A stretch of 64,000 nt of DNA, from the NCBI GenBank assembly GCA_001805445.1, contig MHGF01000022.1:10613-74612 (forward strand), in the 5' to 3' direction. Under the pieces are notes generated by a model that worked only from the letters and a program-made list of their open reading frames with translations, ran no database searches and was not told the origin of the DNA. Origin of the DNA: Omnitrophica WOR_2 bacterium GWF2_43_52. Lineage in GTDB: Bacteria > Omnitrophota > Gorgyraeia > Gygaellales > UBA12090. Both the position numbers and the translations under genes were made by a program. The first letter of the stretch is position 1. Each line of letters starts with the position of its first letter. Positions 9,395 through 21,663 of this stretch are shown in pieces.

Positions 9395-11034
9395 TCATTT
9401 CTTGAAGATTATACCACAAAACCCTGCTAACGCACAACAGGCGAGGATAAAGATATCGCCCAGTCCGGTATAAAGGCTTCCTGTTGCGCGTAAAAAGACA
9501 TCCTGGAATTTTATTCCCGGAATAAAAATTTCTTTTCCGTTTTCTGAAACACGTGCCGTAATTTTACCAGTACCATCAATAAAACAGGATACTCCGGTAT
9601 TCGCCGCGCGCACCAAAGGAACCCTATTTTCAACCGCCCTAAACACCGAAGCGCTCAAATGCTGGAAAGGAGCGGATGTTTTCTGAAACCACGCGTCATT
9701 GGTGATAGTGACCAAAAATGCTGCTCCTTTCTTTACAAAGTTACGCGCCAATTCAGGAATAGTATCTTCAAAACAGATGAGAACGGAAAATATCGCAGAT
9801 CCTTGATTCTTGATTCTTGATGCTTGATTCGCATTATTCGTTGGCAATGAAAATAAAACATACTCCCTCCCGGAAGTAAAATCTCCAATAGGAACTATGG
9901 TTTCCAAGAATTTTAAGGAATTCTTTAAGGGAATATATTCTCCGAAAGGCACAAGGTGAAGCTTATCATAACGGCCCGAAAGCTTGCCTTCTTTATTTAT
10001 CAATAACGCGCTATTAAAATATTCCTCATTTTCTTTTACGACGGTACCAAACAATACAGGTATATTTGTTTTCTCCGCTAACGAAAAAATATGTTCTGCT
10101 ATCCATCTATCGTGCGTATCTCCATAAAATCCGGGGCTTGAAGCCTCCGGCCAGATAATAAGATCGGGATTTTCTAAGGCCGCTTTTTGTGTCAAGTGGG
10201 TATACCTCTCCAAAATGAGCGGCTGCGAACCCAAAGCCCATTTCAACTCTTGAGGAATATTACCCTGGATGAGGGAAAGCTTCACAACGAAGGGCGAAGG
10301 GCGAAGGGCGAAGGACGAAAGATACTGTAATTTTAAAAAACCATATAGTAGATAAATAAATAAAGTTATAATTGTAAAACATATATATCTTTTACTGATG
10401 GCCTTGTGCCCGCCACATTGCTTTGGCGGGCATCCGCCAATGCTTTGTGGCGGATGACTTGGTGACTTGGTGACCACGAAATTATATATCGTTACATTCA
10501 CCATCATTATCACAAACGATACCCCATATACTCCAAAGATATCGGCTATCTGAATTATGGGCAGATTAAGATATTGCGAATACCCCAAGAGCGCCCAGCC
10601 AAAGCCGGTCAACACATGCGAACGCACGTATTCAAGAATAACCCAGACGGAAGGAATAAGAAATAAGACGATGGACGATGCCTGCCTGCCTGTCGGCAAG
10701 GCAGGGACGAGGGACGAAATGATAATGCCGAAGAATCCGAAATATACAGCCAGATAGGCAATAAGGAGAATTTGGCCAAGCAGGGTAACGTGGATGAGCC
10801 AGTAAATAGTTATTGACCAAAAGATTATTCCGCAAAGATAAGATAAAAGAAAGGATTGGAGGCGGCTTTTATTCCGCAAGGCGAGAAATAAGGGAACAAA
10901 ACCAAACCAGGCAAGAATCCAAAGCCTGCCATCACAAAAAGGCAGGGCTGATACTATCCCCGATAAGATACTAAGAACTATACTCTTATATTTTTTGACT
11001 GGTGACGTGGTGACGTGGTGACGTGGTGACCTAT

Positions 11035-11050
<16 letters not shown>
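9395..11050 (-). CDS. lnt: Apolipoprotein N-acyltransferase Lnt, with a roughly 65-codon in-frame low-complexity insertion; true start probably downstream of 11050
   Basis: N-terminal polytopic membrane domain plus C-terminal CN-hydrolase domain ([10 protein letters not shown]...RAANTGVS); insertion at about 10265-10480; N-terminal 17 codons are encoded by an 8-mer tandem repeat. Confidence 0.8.
10994..11030. repeat. Tandem 8-mer repeat (GGTGACGT)x4 between secA stop and lnt
   Basis: gactggtgacgtggtgacgtggtgacgtggtgacc. Confidence 0.8.
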
Positions 11051-13947
<2,897 letters not shown>

Positions 13948-13950
13948 AGG

Positions 13951-14042
13951 AACACGAATAGGCACGAATCGCACACAAATCCACACAAATTGTCCCCGCA
14001 ATAATTCGCGGGAATTCGTGTGTAATGTGTGTTAATTCGTGT
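13951..14042. repeat. Copy 3 of the CACGAAT-word imperfect palindrome, abutting the secA start codon
   Basis: aacacgaataggcacgaatcgcacacaaatccacacaaatt...aattcgcgggaattcgtgtgtaatgtgtgttaattcgtgtt. Confidence 0.8.
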
Positions 14043-14049
14043 TGCTTAC

Positions 14050-15151
14050 TCAATATTTTACCTTCTGCATTTTTAAATATGCCTCTATAAACTCTTCCAA
14101 TTTTCCGTCCATGACCGCGTGCACATTGCCGGTTTCATAGTCAGTGCGATGGTCCTTCACCATACTATAGGGATGCATCACGTACGAACGCACCTGGCTT
14201 CCCCATTCAATCCTCTGTTTCTGGGAATACTGGGCCTGCAGTTTCTCCTCCTGCTTGCGCCGCTGGTCTTCATAGAGGCGCGCCTTCAGAATTTTAAGGG
14301 CAGTCTGCTTATTCTGAAACTGCGAGCGTTCATTCTGGCACTGCGCTACGACACCTGTGGGAATATGGGTAATCCTTACTGCGGAATCTGTGGTATTTAC
14401 CGACTGCCCTCCGGGGCCGCTGGAGCGATAGACGTCAATCCTCAAGTCTTTTTCTTCAACCTTGATATCTATTTCATCTGAAATCTGGGGCACCACATCC
14501 ACGGAAGCAAACGAGGTATGCCTGCGCTTATTGGCATCAAACGGCGATATGCGCACCAGCCGATGCACGCCAGACTCTGCCTTCAGATACCCGTACGCGT
14601 AGGCTCCTTCAATAAGCAACGTTACATTTTTTATCCCCGCTTCTTCTCCTTCAAGCATATCAATAGTTTTAACTTTATAGCCTTTGCCTTCGGCGAAGCG
14701 GCAATACATGCGCATAAGCATCTGTGCCCAATCGCAGGATTCAGTGCCGCCTGCCCCCGCGTTGATGGACAAAATCGCGCCGAGAGCGTCAAATTCACCG
14801 CTTAGCAAAAGCTTAAACTCTAAGGAGTCAATCCCTTTTACAATACTCTCTAAGTCCTTTTGTAAATCTGAAATTAATGACGCGTCTTTACTAGTGGCTA
14901 ACTCGGCTAAGTCCTGTAAGTCTTTGAGTTTACCCTGAATCTCATGAAACGGCTGTACCTTGGCTCTAAGAAGTTTTAGTTCCGCGATAATCTTGGTTGA
15001 CTTTTGGCTATCCTGCCAGAAATCAGACGCTGTCATCAGGGTATTCAATTCATTGATACGCGTTTCTACGGCAGGCGCGTCAAAGATACCCCCTTAGCTC
15101 GTTAAGCCTTTTGTTTAACTGTGCCAATGCCGCTTTAATTTCTTCTATCAC
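14050..15151 (-). CDS. prfB: Peptide chain release factor 2 (prfB) with programmed +1 ribosomal frameshift
   Basis: Frame-0 start GTG (complement 15149-15151) after AGGAG, then 23 codons (V IEEIKAALAQLNKRLNELRGYL) ending in AGG GGG TAT CTT TGA C (complement of about 15079-15095); +1 frame continues as DAPAVETRINELNTLMTASDFWQDS = the annotated ORF; SPF and GGQ-region motifs downstream. Confidence 0.85.
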
Positions 15152-15192
15152 TAAAAACTCCTATAATATGTTTTATAAGCTAAGTTAATTGT

Positions 15193-15301
15193 GGTTATCA
15201 GAAAATCAGGGTATCAGGATTTGGGTATCGGGATATCAGGTTTGTTTTTAACCCCCTACCTTCCGATTCCCTGATCCCCAAATCCCAATCTCCTGATAAC
15301 C
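15193..15301. repeat. Long imperfect palindrome made of ATCAGG/CCTGAT words between pilT and prfB
   Basis: ggttatcagaaaatcagggtatcaggatttgggtatcgggatatcagg ...loop... ccgattccctgatccccaaatcccaatctcctgataacc. Confidence 0.7.
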
Positions 15302-15332
15302 TACTATCCGCTTTTAACATAACACTACCCCA

Positions 15333-16403
15333 CTATCTTTTAATCCCCTTTATCATCAACTCAAACTCATCCTTATTATCGCTGAATTGCTTTGCCTCTT
15401 CCACCGTAACCTTTCCTTCTTTAACTAACTTGGCAAGCGATTGATTAAAGCTCTGCATGCCGAATATTCCGCCGTCTTCCAAATAGCGGGGAATCTCCCA
15501 TACCTTGCGCTCACGAATGAGGCGGGCAATGGTAGGAGTAAGCACCATAGACTCATACGCGGGCTCCCGGCCGGAGCCTTCTTTTAAAGGAATCAGCCTC
15601 AAAGAAATAACACCCTTTAATAATCCTGAAAGCTGTATCGCTATCTGTTCATGCTGATAAGGCGGGAAAAAGTTGATAATGCGTTCAACGGTTTGCGCCG
15701 CGTTAATAGTATGCAGGGTGCTTAACACCAACACCCCTGTCTCGGCAGCAGTCAAGGCCGCGGCCATAGTTTCATGGTCACGGATATTCCCGACATAAAT
15801 CACATCGGGGCTTTGCAGGGTAAACGCCCGAAGCGCGATGCCATAACTATAAACATCGGGGCCGAGTTCACGCTGATTAATAACCGATAATTGGTCGGTA
15901 AAGGTAAATTCTATCGGCTCTTCTACCGTAAGGATATGTTTTTTTGTATGCACATTGATATGTTCAATCATTGAGGCAATGGCAGTCGACTTACCTGAAC
16001 CCATCGAGCCTGTTAAAAGCACCAAGCCTCTCTTTTCTGTAGCTAATTTCTCAAAAACCTCATTGGGCAGGTTTAGTTCCTTGAAAGACTTTATATATTG
16101 ATTCACCTGGCGCACTACGATAGAGGCGGTATTGCGCTGCATAAAGATACTGACGCGAAAACGCTGTTTTTTATCTTCAAGGAACATGCCATAATCGATA
16201 TCTTTGTGTTCCCGAAACGCGGCCCGCTGGCTTTCCGAGGTTATCTGCTCAAGAGCCTGAAGGACATCTTCCACGCTCAAGTCATTTTCTGAAACAGGGA
16301 CAATCTGTCCGTCAATGCGCATATGCACAGGGCCGCCGGCACGGTAAAAAAGGTCCGAGGCGTTCCTGTCACTCATTGTTCTCAGATAATCTTTAATTGT
16401 CAT
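15333..16403 (-). CDS. pilT: Type IV pilus retraction ATPase PilT/PilU family
   Basis: PilT N-domain, Walker A GSMGSGKST, Walker B/His-box region; start trimmed to MTIKDYLRTM (preceded by GAGAGGG SD); ORF-track extension is encoded by a repeat. Confidence 0.85.
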   Translation of the reverse strand: MTIKDYLRTMSDRNASDLFYRAGGPVHMRIDGQIVPVSENDLSVEDVLQALEQITSESQRAAFREHKDIDYGMFLEDKKQRFRVSIFMQRNTASIVVRQVNQYIKSFKELNLPNEVFEKLATEKRGLVLLTGSMGSGKSTAIASMIEHINVHTKKHILTVEEPIEFTFTDQLSVINQRELGPDVYSYGIALRAFTLQSPDVIYVGNIRDHETMAAALTAAETGVLVLSTLHTINAAQTVERIINFFPPYQHEQIAIQLSGLLKGVISLRLIPLKEGSGREPAYESMVLTPTIARLIRERKVWEIPRYLEDGGIFGMQSFNQSLAKLVKEGKVTVEEAKQFSDNKDEFELMIKGIKR

Positions 16404-16410
16404 ATACCCT

Positions 16411-16500
16411 CTCTTTGTAACCGCAGAAACGCAGAATATTTGTAAAATGCCTTGTTTGCAAAAAACGCAGAAAGCTGCTCTATGGCTTTTGCACACATCG
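16411..16500. repeat. Copy A of a roughly 95-bp direct repeat (GTAACCGCAGAARCGCAGAAT...TGGCTTTTGCAYACATC)
   Basis: Aligns at about 85% identity to 16596-16690; immediately upstream of pilT. Confidence 0.75.
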
Positions 16501-16595
16501 TTTTTCCTTAGCGGCTCTGCGAAAGCTACTATTTTTATTAATTACTTTGCGCGTCTGCGGTTACTATACCTCTTTTTTACGGTTTAGGCAAAATA

Positions 16596-16690
16596 TATTT
16601 TTGTAACCGCAGAAGCGCAGAATGCTTGTTACGTAGCTTGTTTGCAGAAAACGCGGAAAAATTGCTTCATGGCTTTTGCATACATCATTT
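16596..16690. repeat. Copy B of the roughly 95-bp direct repeat; overlaps the last codons of ogt
   Basis: ttgtaaccgcagaagcgcagaatgcttgttacgtagcttgtttgcagaaaacgcggaaaaattgcttcatggcttttgcatacatc. Confidence 0.75.
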
Positions 16691-17077
16691 CTCTTTAGTT
16701 ACTCTGCGTAATCCGCGGTTCTTTAGCCGTTTCTCAAACTCAATCAGCTGCTTCTTTATCTCTTGCCCTTGCGAATACTGGCCTATCTCGCCGTTAGACT
16801 TCACCACCCGATGACAGGGAATAATAAAAGGATAGGGATTTTTCCTTAAGGCGCTTCCTACCGCCCTTATCGCTTTTGGCGCGCCTATACGCTTGGCAAT
16901 CCAACGATATGTTCTTAGCTCCCCAAAAGGAATTTTTAAGGTGGCTTCAAAAACCCTCAGCTGGAAATCCGTCAAGCGAAATCCGCCTCTGGCGTTTTGA
17001 TTTTGCTTGATCCTGAGCGCGGCCGGAGGATTTCCAATTTTCTGATTACGTTTCCGGATTTTCGGCTTTTTCATCAC
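16685..17077 (-). CDS. ogt: Methylated-DNA--protein-cysteine methyltransferase (Ogt/Ada C-domain)
   Basis: Active-site PCHRVV and HTH recognition region. Confidence 0.85.
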   Translation of the reverse strand: MMKKPKIRKRNQKIGNPPAALRIKQNQNARGGFRLTDFQLRVFEATLKIPFGELRTYRWIAKRIGAPKAIRAVGSALRKNPYPFIIPCHRVVKSNGEIGQYSQGQEIKKQLIEFEKRLKNRGLRRVTKEK

Positions 17078-18306
17078 GAAAACATTCTTTTCTTTCTTAA
17101 CAAACGATGGTACTTTAAAGCAAATCTATGAGATTCATCACGAATATGCTGAATCAAACGAAGCGCGGCCGAATCTCTTCTTAGTTTTATTGGTTGAGGC
17201 GCCGCCAGGGTATACATCACTTCTTCTTTCTTTGCCAAACTAATGATCGGTATAGTAAGACCTACAGTGTCTAATTCCTTTTTCGCTGCCGACAACTGTC
17301 CTTTGCCGCCGTCAACGACAATTAAATCCGGGAAAGGCCCCTGTTCCGCTTTTAGCCGATTATACCGCCGATAAATAGCTTCTGCCATCATTCTGTAATC
17401 ATCGCTCTGTGTAACCATCTTAATCCTGAACCTGCGGTAATTATCCTTATCGGCTACACCATTGTAAAAAGATACCATTGAAGCGGTTGCCTGTCTACCT
17501 AAAATAGTGGAGACATCAAAAGCCTCTATCCTGCGCGGCATAACAGACAGCCCCAAAACTTCTCTTACCTCACTCAGCGCTGCATCCGCGTTATATAAGG
17601 ATGGCCTCAACGTGCTTAAAGCAATCATCTTATCCCGTAACTGAGCTGCCTCTTCAAACTTATGCTCCCTGGCTTTTAACTCCATTTCCTGAGCAAGCGC
17701 TTTGCTTAACTCATCGCTCTTGCCTTCTAGAATCAGGCTGATGTGCTTTATGGTTTTCGCGTAGCCTGCCTTACTGATTTTCCCAATACAAGGAGCGGGC
17801 GAAAGTTTTATGCGATAATAAATACAGGCTTTTTTGGGAAGCACCTTACAGGAACGGTAAGGGAAACTGCGGCGGATAATCTTTAACGCCTCTTTCAATA
17901 AGCCAGCGCTGATATAGGGGCCGAAATAGGCAGCTCCATTATCCTCGCGTTTACGGGTCACATAAATCGCGGGAAATTCCTCATTGGTAATTTTGACGAA
18001 GGGAAAGCTCTTATCATCCCGAAGCGAAACGTTATATTTTGGCTTATATTCTTTGATAAGGCTTGCCTCTAAAAAAAGCGCCATGCTTTCGCTTGGGCAA
18101 AGCCGGTATTCTATATCCGTAACATTGCTCATCAGCCGCGTGGTCTTTGCCGAAAGCTCGCGCGCTAAATAACTGCTCACGCGTTTTCGAAGCGAAAGTG
18201 CCTTACCGATATAGATAATCGCGCCCAAGGCATCTTTCATCACATACACCCCTGGAGAATCCGGCATTGCGGCGATTTTTGATTTGAGCGTAGTGCTAGT
18301 ATTCAT
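17074..18306 (-). CDS. uvrC: Excinuclease ABC subunit C (compact UvrC lacking the C-terminal HhH domain)
   Basis: GIY-YIG N-domain (GVYVMKD...IYIGKA), UvrBC-interaction motif (EEAAQLRDKM), endonuclease domain (FRIKMV...DLIVVDGGKGQL...RDESHRFA); ends about 80 aa before the usual (HhH)2. Confidence 0.75.
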   Translation of the reverse strand: MNTSTTLKSKIAAMPDSPGVYVMKDALGAIIYIGKALSLRKRVSSYLARELSAKTTRLMSNVTDIEYRLCPSESMALFLEASLIKEYKPKYNVSLRDDKSFPFVKITNEEFPAIYVTRKREDNGAAYFGPYISAGLLKEALKIIRRSFPYRSCKVLPKKACIYYRIKLSPAPCIGKISKAGYAKTIKHISLILEGKSDELSKALAQEMELKAREHKFEEAAQLRDKMIALSTLRPSLYNADAALSEVREVLGLSVMPRRIEAFDVSTILGRQATASMVSFYNGVADKDNYRRFRIKMVTQSDDYRMMAEAIYRRYNRLKAEQGPFPDLIVVDGGKGQLSAAKKELDTVGLTIPIISLAKKEEVMYTLAAPQPIKLRRDSAALRLIQHIRDESHRFALKYHRLLRKKRMFS

Positions 18307-18359
18307 TGAGTACTGTAACCATTCTATCTGCTTTTACTCCGAGCAAATTTTTGTAGGAA

Positions 18360-19982
18360 TTAAATAGTTCGATCCCGCCTCATCCATTTCCATAACTGCC
18401 CTATCTCGTTGACCCGGAATATAAAGCAAAAAATAACATAAGAGGCTAACCCTGAGATAATAGAGAAACTTAAGCTTACTACTTTATGGAAAGCCGCGGT
18501 TTTTACAGAAACAAAATAACACACGGCACCCATACATACGCTTGCGATAAGAATCCTGGCGAAAGAATCCGCAATCTCATTCACCTTAAGGCCGCCGAGC
18601 CGTTTTTTCAAAATCACAAAAAGAATCAAAAATGTGTTAATGCCCGAGAGAGAGGTCGCTAACGCGATGCCACCTATTTTAAACGGTACTATAAGCAGGG
18701 CATTGAGTATCACGTTGCTGACCAGCGCCACTAATGCCGCTTTAGTCGGCGTCACCGTATCTTTGAGGGCAAAGAACGCGGACTGCAAAACCTTGGTTGC
18801 CCCATAGCTCGACAAGCCAATGCTATAGAAGAATAAGGCTGATGAGGTTTGCTGTATTGAGTAGGCATCAAACCTTTTTCCGCCGAAAAGGGCCGCGATA
18901 ATTGGCGTAGACAGCGCCATAAAGGCTGCTGAGGCAGGCAGCATCACGAAAAATACACAGCGCAGGCCCCAGGAAAGCGTATGCCTTAATGTATCGTGAG
19001 TATCTTCCAATACCTGCGTGGAAAACGCCGGCAGTATCGCCTGTGAAAGGGCATTGCTGAAAATCCCTAAAGGAAATTGGATTAACCTATAGGAAAAATA
19101 CAATACCGCCACCCCCCCTTCTCCTACTATCCGCGCCAATGAGCCGAATATGGAGTCCACAAAATTATTTAATTGATAAATACTTGAGCTTACCACACGC
19201 GGCGCCATAAGCCTGCCTACCGCGCCTGCCCCGGGATGCTTAAATCGCTTAAACAATGTAAGCCGGAATCCCTTTTTATATAAAACCGGGATTTGCACTG
19301 CCAACTGCAAGAACCCTCCGATCAAAACGCCTGATGCCAAGCCCGCTGTCCTCTCGCCAAATAAAAGGGCACAGATAATAATTGCAATGTTCATCAGGCA
19401 CGGCGCGAAGGCGGAAATAGAAAAGTGCTTTAAGGTGTTAAGGATTCCCATCGCGTACGCGGCCAAACCGGCCAGAAGGATATAAGGGAAAAGCAATCGC
19501 GTCAACCGTATGGTAGTTTCTAACTTTTCCGGTGAGGCAATAAACCCAGGGGCGATAAGCCGCACAATAACCGGCGCAAAGGCGATTCCCAGGATAGTGA
19601 GAGACATAAGGATAACCAGCATACTATTGAGCAAGCAGTTTACCAGCTCCCAGAATTCTTCTTTTGTGTGTTTGGCATTATATTCGCTCAATACCGGTAC
19701 AAAGGCGGCGTTGGCAGCGCCTTCTCCCACTAAATCCCGCAGGAGATTAGGAATCTTAAAAGCAATGACAAATGCCTGGGCATAAAGGTATACGCCAAAC
19801 ATTCGGGCTATCACCACATCCCTGATAAACCCCAGGATACGCGAGCATAGCGTAAAAAGGCCGATTATAGAGGCTGATCTGGCTATGGTTCGATTAGACT
19901 CACCATCAGCCCTAAGCGGCTTGTGGTGAGCGAAGTCGAACCAAGTCGAATGGGCTATATCTTTATTGGTTGACATCTTCAA
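18360..19982 (-). CDS. murJ: Lipid II flippase MurJ (MviN)
   Basis: 14-TM MOP-superfamily protein with conserved MurJ N-terminal motifs (RDVVIARMFG...). Confidence 0.85.
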   Translation of the reverse strand: MKMSTNKDIAHSTWFDFAHHKPLRADGESNRTIARSASIIGLFTLCSRILGFIRDVVIARMFGVYLYAQAFVIAFKIPNLLRDLVGEGAANAAFVPVLSEYNAKHTKEEFWELVNCLLNSMLVILMSLTILGIAFAPVIVRLIAPGFIASPEKLETTIRLTRLLFPYILLAGLAAYAMGILNTLKHFSISAFAPCLMNIAIIICALLFGERTAGLASGVLIGGFLQLAVQIPVLYKKGFRLTLFKRFKHPGAGAVGRLMAPRVVSSSIYQLNNFVDSIFGSLARIVGEGGVAVLYFSYRLIQFPLGIFSNALSQAILPAFSTQVLEDTHDTLRHTLSWGLRCVFFVMLPASAAFMALSTPIIAALFGGKRFDAYSIQQTSSALFFYSIGLSSYGATKVLQSAFFALKDTVTPTKAALVALVSNVILNALLIVPFKIGGIALATSLSGINTFLILFVILKKRLGGLKVNEIADSFARILIASVCMGAVCYFVSVKTAAFHKVVSLSFSIISGLASYVIFCFIFRVNEIGQLWKWMRRDRTI

Positions 19983-20132
19983 GAAGATATGTTATATATA
20001 ATATGTTTTTAAGTTTAGGAACTGAGTTTGTTTAATGTTTAATTATAAGTGTTGGATTTTCTATTTTAATTCATACCTTATAACTTCTCATTTATAATTT
20101 TCAATCTACAATTTACTTAACCGGAGGATGTA

Positions 20133-20405
20133 ATGGCTCAACGTAGACGTCAATCGCTCAAAGCACAGCGTAAAGACAAAAAAAGACACACCAAAAATGT
20201 TCAGATTAAAACCGCGATAAAGAAATCCCTCAAAGAATTGCAGGCAGCCTTAACCAGTAAAAATAGCGACGCGGCTAAAAAATGCCTTCGAGCAGTTACG
20301 TCCAAGCTTGCCAAAGCCGCCAAAAAGGATATTATTCACAAGAATGCCGCCCAGCGTAAAATTTCCCGCTTAAGTAAACGCGTCGTAACCCTCACTGCTT
20401 CATAA
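20133..20405 (+). CDS. rpsT: 30S ribosomal protein S20
   Basis: 90-aa highly basic helical protein; GGAGG SD 7 nt upstream of ATG; S20-like C-terminal half. Confidence 0.8.
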   Translation: MAQRRRQSLKAQRKDKKRHTKNVQIKTAIKKSLKELQAALTSKNSDAAKKCLRAVTSKLAKAAKKDIIHKNAAQRKISRLSKRVVTLTAS

Positions 20406-20415
20406 AGAACCAGAA

Positions 20416-21051
20416 TTAACGGCAGAGTTTAACGACTAACATTTCTAAAGCAAATTCCGGCTTGAGCTTGCCGGTTTTGAGATTGACATCTGTTTCTAAT
20501 AGGAAGTTTACTTTTTTTCTTTTATCTTCAAGAGTACTGCTCTGTTTCACCAGTTGATAGCGCAGCCCGCCAAGGATCCGCTCCGCTTTTTCTCCCGCCT
20601 TAAATAAATCTGCTAAAAGAACTAATGCCGAGTCAGCATTCTTTTTCTCTATTGCCCGCGCTAAGCTAAAGGCATTAACGCTCCCTGCCGTTTTAAAATG
20701 CGCCACTTCGGTAATTTTCAGCATGTGGCTTAAGAATATATTTCTTTCCTCCGGCATGCGCCCCACATCAAAAACAATAGTACTCTTTTCCGCCTGTGCC
20801 TTGAGATGGTTAACGCAATATTCCTGAAGCGCGCTTTTTAACTTAAGCATATCCTTAATCACCAAGAGCCGGTTTTTTGCCCTGACAGGAATACGGCCGA
20901 GCGCCTGCGTCAATAAAGGCAAAGTTAATTCTTTAGCCGAAAAAACATCGTAGTTAAAAGGCTCTAATTCCGGGGGGAATAATTGTTTCTTCAAAGACTG
21001 GATTTTTTCTTGTTTGGCGAGTTCGTCTTCACCGATAAGGAGGTACATCAT
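20416..21051 (-). CDS. holA: DNA polymerase III delta subunit-like (short HolA)
   Basis: N-terminal MMYLLIGEDE...NRLLVIKDM and C-terminal domain-III-like helices; lptE-holA synteny as in leuS-lptE-holA operons of other bacteria. Confidence 0.5.
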   Translation of the reverse strand: MMYLLIGEDELAKQEKIQSLKKQLFPPELEPFNYDVFSAKELTLPLLTQALGRIPVRAKNRLLVIKDMLKLKSALQEYCVNHLKAQAEKSTIVFDVGRMPEERNIFLSHMLKITEVAHFKTAGSVNAFSLARAIEKKNADSALVLLADLFKAGEKAERILGGLRYQLVKQSSTLEDKRKKVNFLLETDVNLKTGKLKPEFALEMLVVKLCR

Positions 21052-21108
21052 CTCAAGCTACTCTGGAGGCAATAGTAGTGTCTGCTGGAAGGAGAAATAA
21101 AACCTTTA

Positions 21109-21663
21109 CTACCAATTTTCAACCGTGCGTTCAATCACTCGGCGTGCCAGGTCACTAATAGCATCATCCAGGGCGGTTGCTTCGGTTTTGGCCTGAGCGC
21201 CGCTGGTAAAATAGGTGGCATCCCCCACAAAATTCGGTTCATCCCACACCGGATTTTCTTGGCCTTGCTTAGAGAGTGTCAGATGCATAATCAGGCTGAT
21301 ACGATATTCCGCGACATCCTCCTGATTATTCTCATAACGAAGCGCGTCCCGCTGATAATCAATAAGCTCACCTTTTAAGATTAAATCCGCGGCTTCCTTA
21401 TCCGCGATACGTAATCCGCCGTCAGACATAAAGCGGTTTATGACCGCGGTACGCAGATCATTCTCCATAAGAGGATGATACGTTCTATACCTTTGAGAGA
21501 GGCTCGTGGCATTTTCGGAAAGGATATCAACCTTATTGGCAAAGGGTTCGACATAGATTGTCTTCTCTACGCCTCGATATAAGGAATGGGTCGTATACCC
21601 GCAACCGAAAAGAGTAGAAAGTAGTAAGTAGTAAGTAGTAAGTAAGGAAAGTTTTGCCTTCAT
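21109..21663 (-). CDS. lptE: LptE-like LPS-assembly lipoprotein
   Basis: Lipoprotein signal LLSTLFGCG, size and position directly upstream of holA; start set at MKAKLSLL, which abuts the stop of the upstream TPR gene. Confidence 0.5.
   Translation of the reverse strand: MKAKLSLLTTYYLLLSTLFGCGYTTHSLYRGVEKTIYVEPFANKVDILSENATSLSQRYRTYHPLMENDLRTAVINRFMSDGGLRIADKEAADLILKGELIDYQRDALRYENNQEDVAEYRISLIMHLTLSKQGQENPVWDEPNFVGDATYFTSGAQAKTEATALDDAISDLARRVIERTVENW

Noticed and set aside
13948-14001. TTG-initiated N-terminal extensions of secA, and similarly pilT 16404-16496 and zupT 2974-2994
   Set aside because: The extensions are encoded by repeat elements (CACGAAT palindromes / 95-bp direct repeat). 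Conserved N-termini ([22 protein letters not shown]) begin at internal ATGs.
16470-16500. Possible sigma-54 promoter (TGGCTTTTGCA) upstream of pilT
   Set aside because: The GG-to-GC spacing is 5 nt instead of the required 10. It does not fit the -24/-12 consensus.
20416-21051. Possibility that the 211-aa holA-like ORF is a fragment/pseudogene
   Set aside because: Considered because delta subunits are usually about 330 aa. However the ORF is cleanly bounded by lptE and rpsT with the proper synteny, and both N- and C-terminal delta-like segments are present. Kept as a short holA at reduced confidence.
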